Source: Candidatus Thorarchaeota archaeon
GTDB taxonomy: Archaea; Asgardarchaeota; Thorarchaeia; Thorarchaeales; Thorarchaeaceae
Length of the DNA: 38,123 bases
Direction of reading: 5' to 3'
NCBI GenBank assembly: GCA_048882485.1
Contig: JBHLRP010000031.1
Coordinates: 1-38,123 of the forward strand
The notes under the pieces are model-generated. The model searched no databases. It was not told the origin of the DNA and saw only the letters and a program-made list of their open reading frames with translations. The translations under genes were made by a program, and so were the position numbers. Shown here piece by piece: positions 36,625 through 38,123 of the stretch; position 1 is the first letter of the stretch; every line of letters starts with the position of its first letter.

Positions 36625-38123
36625 ATGGCAGAAGAAGGCTCACGAATTTCACGCAGGCTGAAGAGAACAGGTGAGCTTCTTCTGGGTGGAGCAAAGCAAC
36701 AGGTCACAGGCTATAAGAGTCGATTTGATGGTCTCAATGGAATCTATGATGAATTTCTCTCTGGATTTATCAATCAATATTCAGGGGAAAAAGCAGACCC
36801 ATCATTTGTGGATCGATTCTTTGGTAAGAGAGAACTCTCCTTTGCAGGCATTGATGGTACTATATGCAAGTATGATGTCTTTGACCTCATCATCTTCTTC
36901 GCAGGAGCCTACTCCTCACATGGAATAGCGCGAGTTGATGACTCAGGGAATATTGAGCTTGAGTATGAGGAGCAGTTCCTTGAAAGAGGCATTGGTTTGT
37001 CGAGTGTTCTTCCCATCTATATCAACGAAGTGCCCCTTATAGACCAGACAATTCTTGCGCGAGCTGAAGATGGAAGCGTGGATCATACAGTGGTGCACAC
37101 TGACTCTTGGATAATCGACAATTCTGCATTTGCAGATTACATGATGACATTGTCGGAATTCTATCTCGCCTACCGACTAGTCAGCGGAGAGAATCCTGTC
37201 GATATCCTTCTGATGGATAGGGTCTGCTCTTCTGAGATCTCATCATCTTATGCAGAAACCTCCGACTTCAGAATCGATATTGAGAAAGAATGTGGCCTTG
37301 TTGGACAGGATGTGGATGGTCGACCCTTTAGTGCTACAGAATGGGTTCAAGCGAGAAGGCTCTTTGGCAATATGAGACTTGGCACTCCCCCAGCCAGAGG
37401 CGAATACCTGCTACCTAGAATCATGGCAGAACTGAGCTCTGAAAGCTCCGGATTAACAAGGGATGAAATCATTACACGTCTGGGCATTGATTCGGAGCCA
37501 AGACGCGAACGACTTGATAAGGAGCTAGAATCAGCAATACGTGGAAAAGGAGCTTCCAAAGGAATTGTCGTACGAAAGGGTAGGCACTTCAGTCTCCGAC
37601 CTGAATACCGCGATCTTAGAAAGCGACTAGAGACCTTAGTTGTCGAAACTTGTGAACGCTTGTTCTCTGAAGATTCAACAGTCACATATGATGACAGGTT
37701 CAAGGTGGATAAACGATGGCTGACAACAAATGATCTATCATTCCTTGCTTTGGCTTCCCTCTACCTTACTATCGAGAAATCCTGGCAGAATAAGACACTA
37801 CTAATTGGAGTTGCCAAGGATACGTCTGCAAGGGACTTCAAGAGGCAGGTGATGCCTGTCCTGAATCATCTCGGTATATGTGACAAAGGGTTCTTTGGAG
37901 AACAAGGAGACACTCCCGATACAGATAGGATGATCTTGCAGTGGGTTTCTCTTCAGGAGAGAGAACGATTGAAGACGCCATGGGCCACCATTGAGTATGA
38001 TACAGCCTTCAAGACGATTGTGCCACACTTTGATAGAAAGCCCGGACTGGTATCAGGAGCTAGAAGGAATCAAATCTCATTAGAGAAGACTTTCGTCAAG
38101 GCCTATTTCCAGCTATGTGAAGC
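36625..38123 (+). CDS. NurA-like nuclease with internal wHTH-like insert; partial, runs off the window and is absent from the ORF track
   Basis: Manually translated open frame from ATG 36625 (MAEEGSRISRRLKRTG...) to the edge, about 499 codons. FAGIDGT, MTLSE, ILLMDR, LIGVAKD and TDRMIL match the NurA motif order. Confidence 0.75.
   Translation, partial: MAEEGSRISRRLKRTGELLLGGAKQQVTGYKSRFDGLNGIYDEFLSGFINQYSGEKADPSFVDRFFGKRELSFAGIDGTICKYDVFDLIIFFAGAYSSHGIARVDDSGNIELEYEEQFLERGIGLSSVLPIYINEVPLIDQTILARAEDGSVDHTVVHTDSWIIDNSAFADYMMTLSEFYLAYRLVSGENPVDILLMDRVCSSEISSSYAETSDFRIDIEKECGLVGQDVDGRPFSATEWVQARRLFGNMRLGTPPARGEYLLPRIMAELSSESSGLTRDEIITRLGIDSEPRRERLDKELESAIRGKGASKGIVVRKGRHFSLRPEYRDLRKRLETLVVETCERLFSEDSTVTYDDRFKVDKRWLTTNDLSFLALASLYLTIEKSWQNKTLLIGVAKDTSARDFKRQVMPVLNHLGICDKGFFGEQGDTPDTDRMILQWVSLQERERLKTPWATIEYDTAFKTIVPHFDRKPGLVSGARRNQISLEKTFVKAYFQLCE

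Noticed and set aside
68-38028. Numerous 60-175 aa ORFs antisense to or overlapping the main genes, plus 4059..4244, 4162..4392 and 22517..22717
   Set aside because: They are shadow frames of well-supported genes or lack motifs and RBS support.
1-38123. CRISPR arrays, tRNA/rRNA genes, transposases, integrases or proviral genes
   Set aside because: No regularly spaced repeats, cloverleaf or rRNA-like tracts, or mobile-element protein motifs were seen by eye. tRNAscan-SE and Infernal would be needed to exclude small RNAs.

Overview
Gene-dense archaeal chromosomal window (archaeal TATA-like promoters, GGAGG/AGGTGA ribosome-binding sites, overlapping stop/start codons). The gene content is most consistent with an Asgard archaeon, probably Thorarchaeia; this is an inference. 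The first 11.5 kb hold two tandem minus-strand heterodisulfide reductase-like operons: (A) hdrC-hdrB-mvhD-short hdrA-wHTH protein-long hdrA with a GltD/NfnB-type NAD(P)H module, and (B) hdrC-hdrB-short hdrA with the same kind of module at the same site, then a gene cut by the window edge. No hydrogenase or formate dehydrogenase is encoded alongside. Central metabolism follows (class I/II aminotransferase, GTP-PEPCK, tungsten AOR), with transporters (two EamA, one MFS), two tandem membrane-anchored beta-helix proteins and an Eis-like GNAT. The 21-27 kb region carries candidate eukaryote-signature-like proteins: a membrane-tethered adaptin/COP appendage-like domain, a single gelsolin/ADF-like domain, a C4HC3 finger plus zinc ribbon, and a tandem PRC barrel. 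The rest contains a truncated PEP synthase fragment, two intact ORFs with eroded active sites (histidine phosphatase fold, glycogen debranching enzyme), a ~1200-aa sequon-rich candidate S-layer protein with a long structured 5' leader, an MBL hydrolase, and a NurA-like nuclease with a wHTH-like insert that runs off the right edge and is missing from the ORF track. No rRNA, tRNA, CRISPR array or transposase was recognised. All assignments come from motif recognition by eye; no database search was run.
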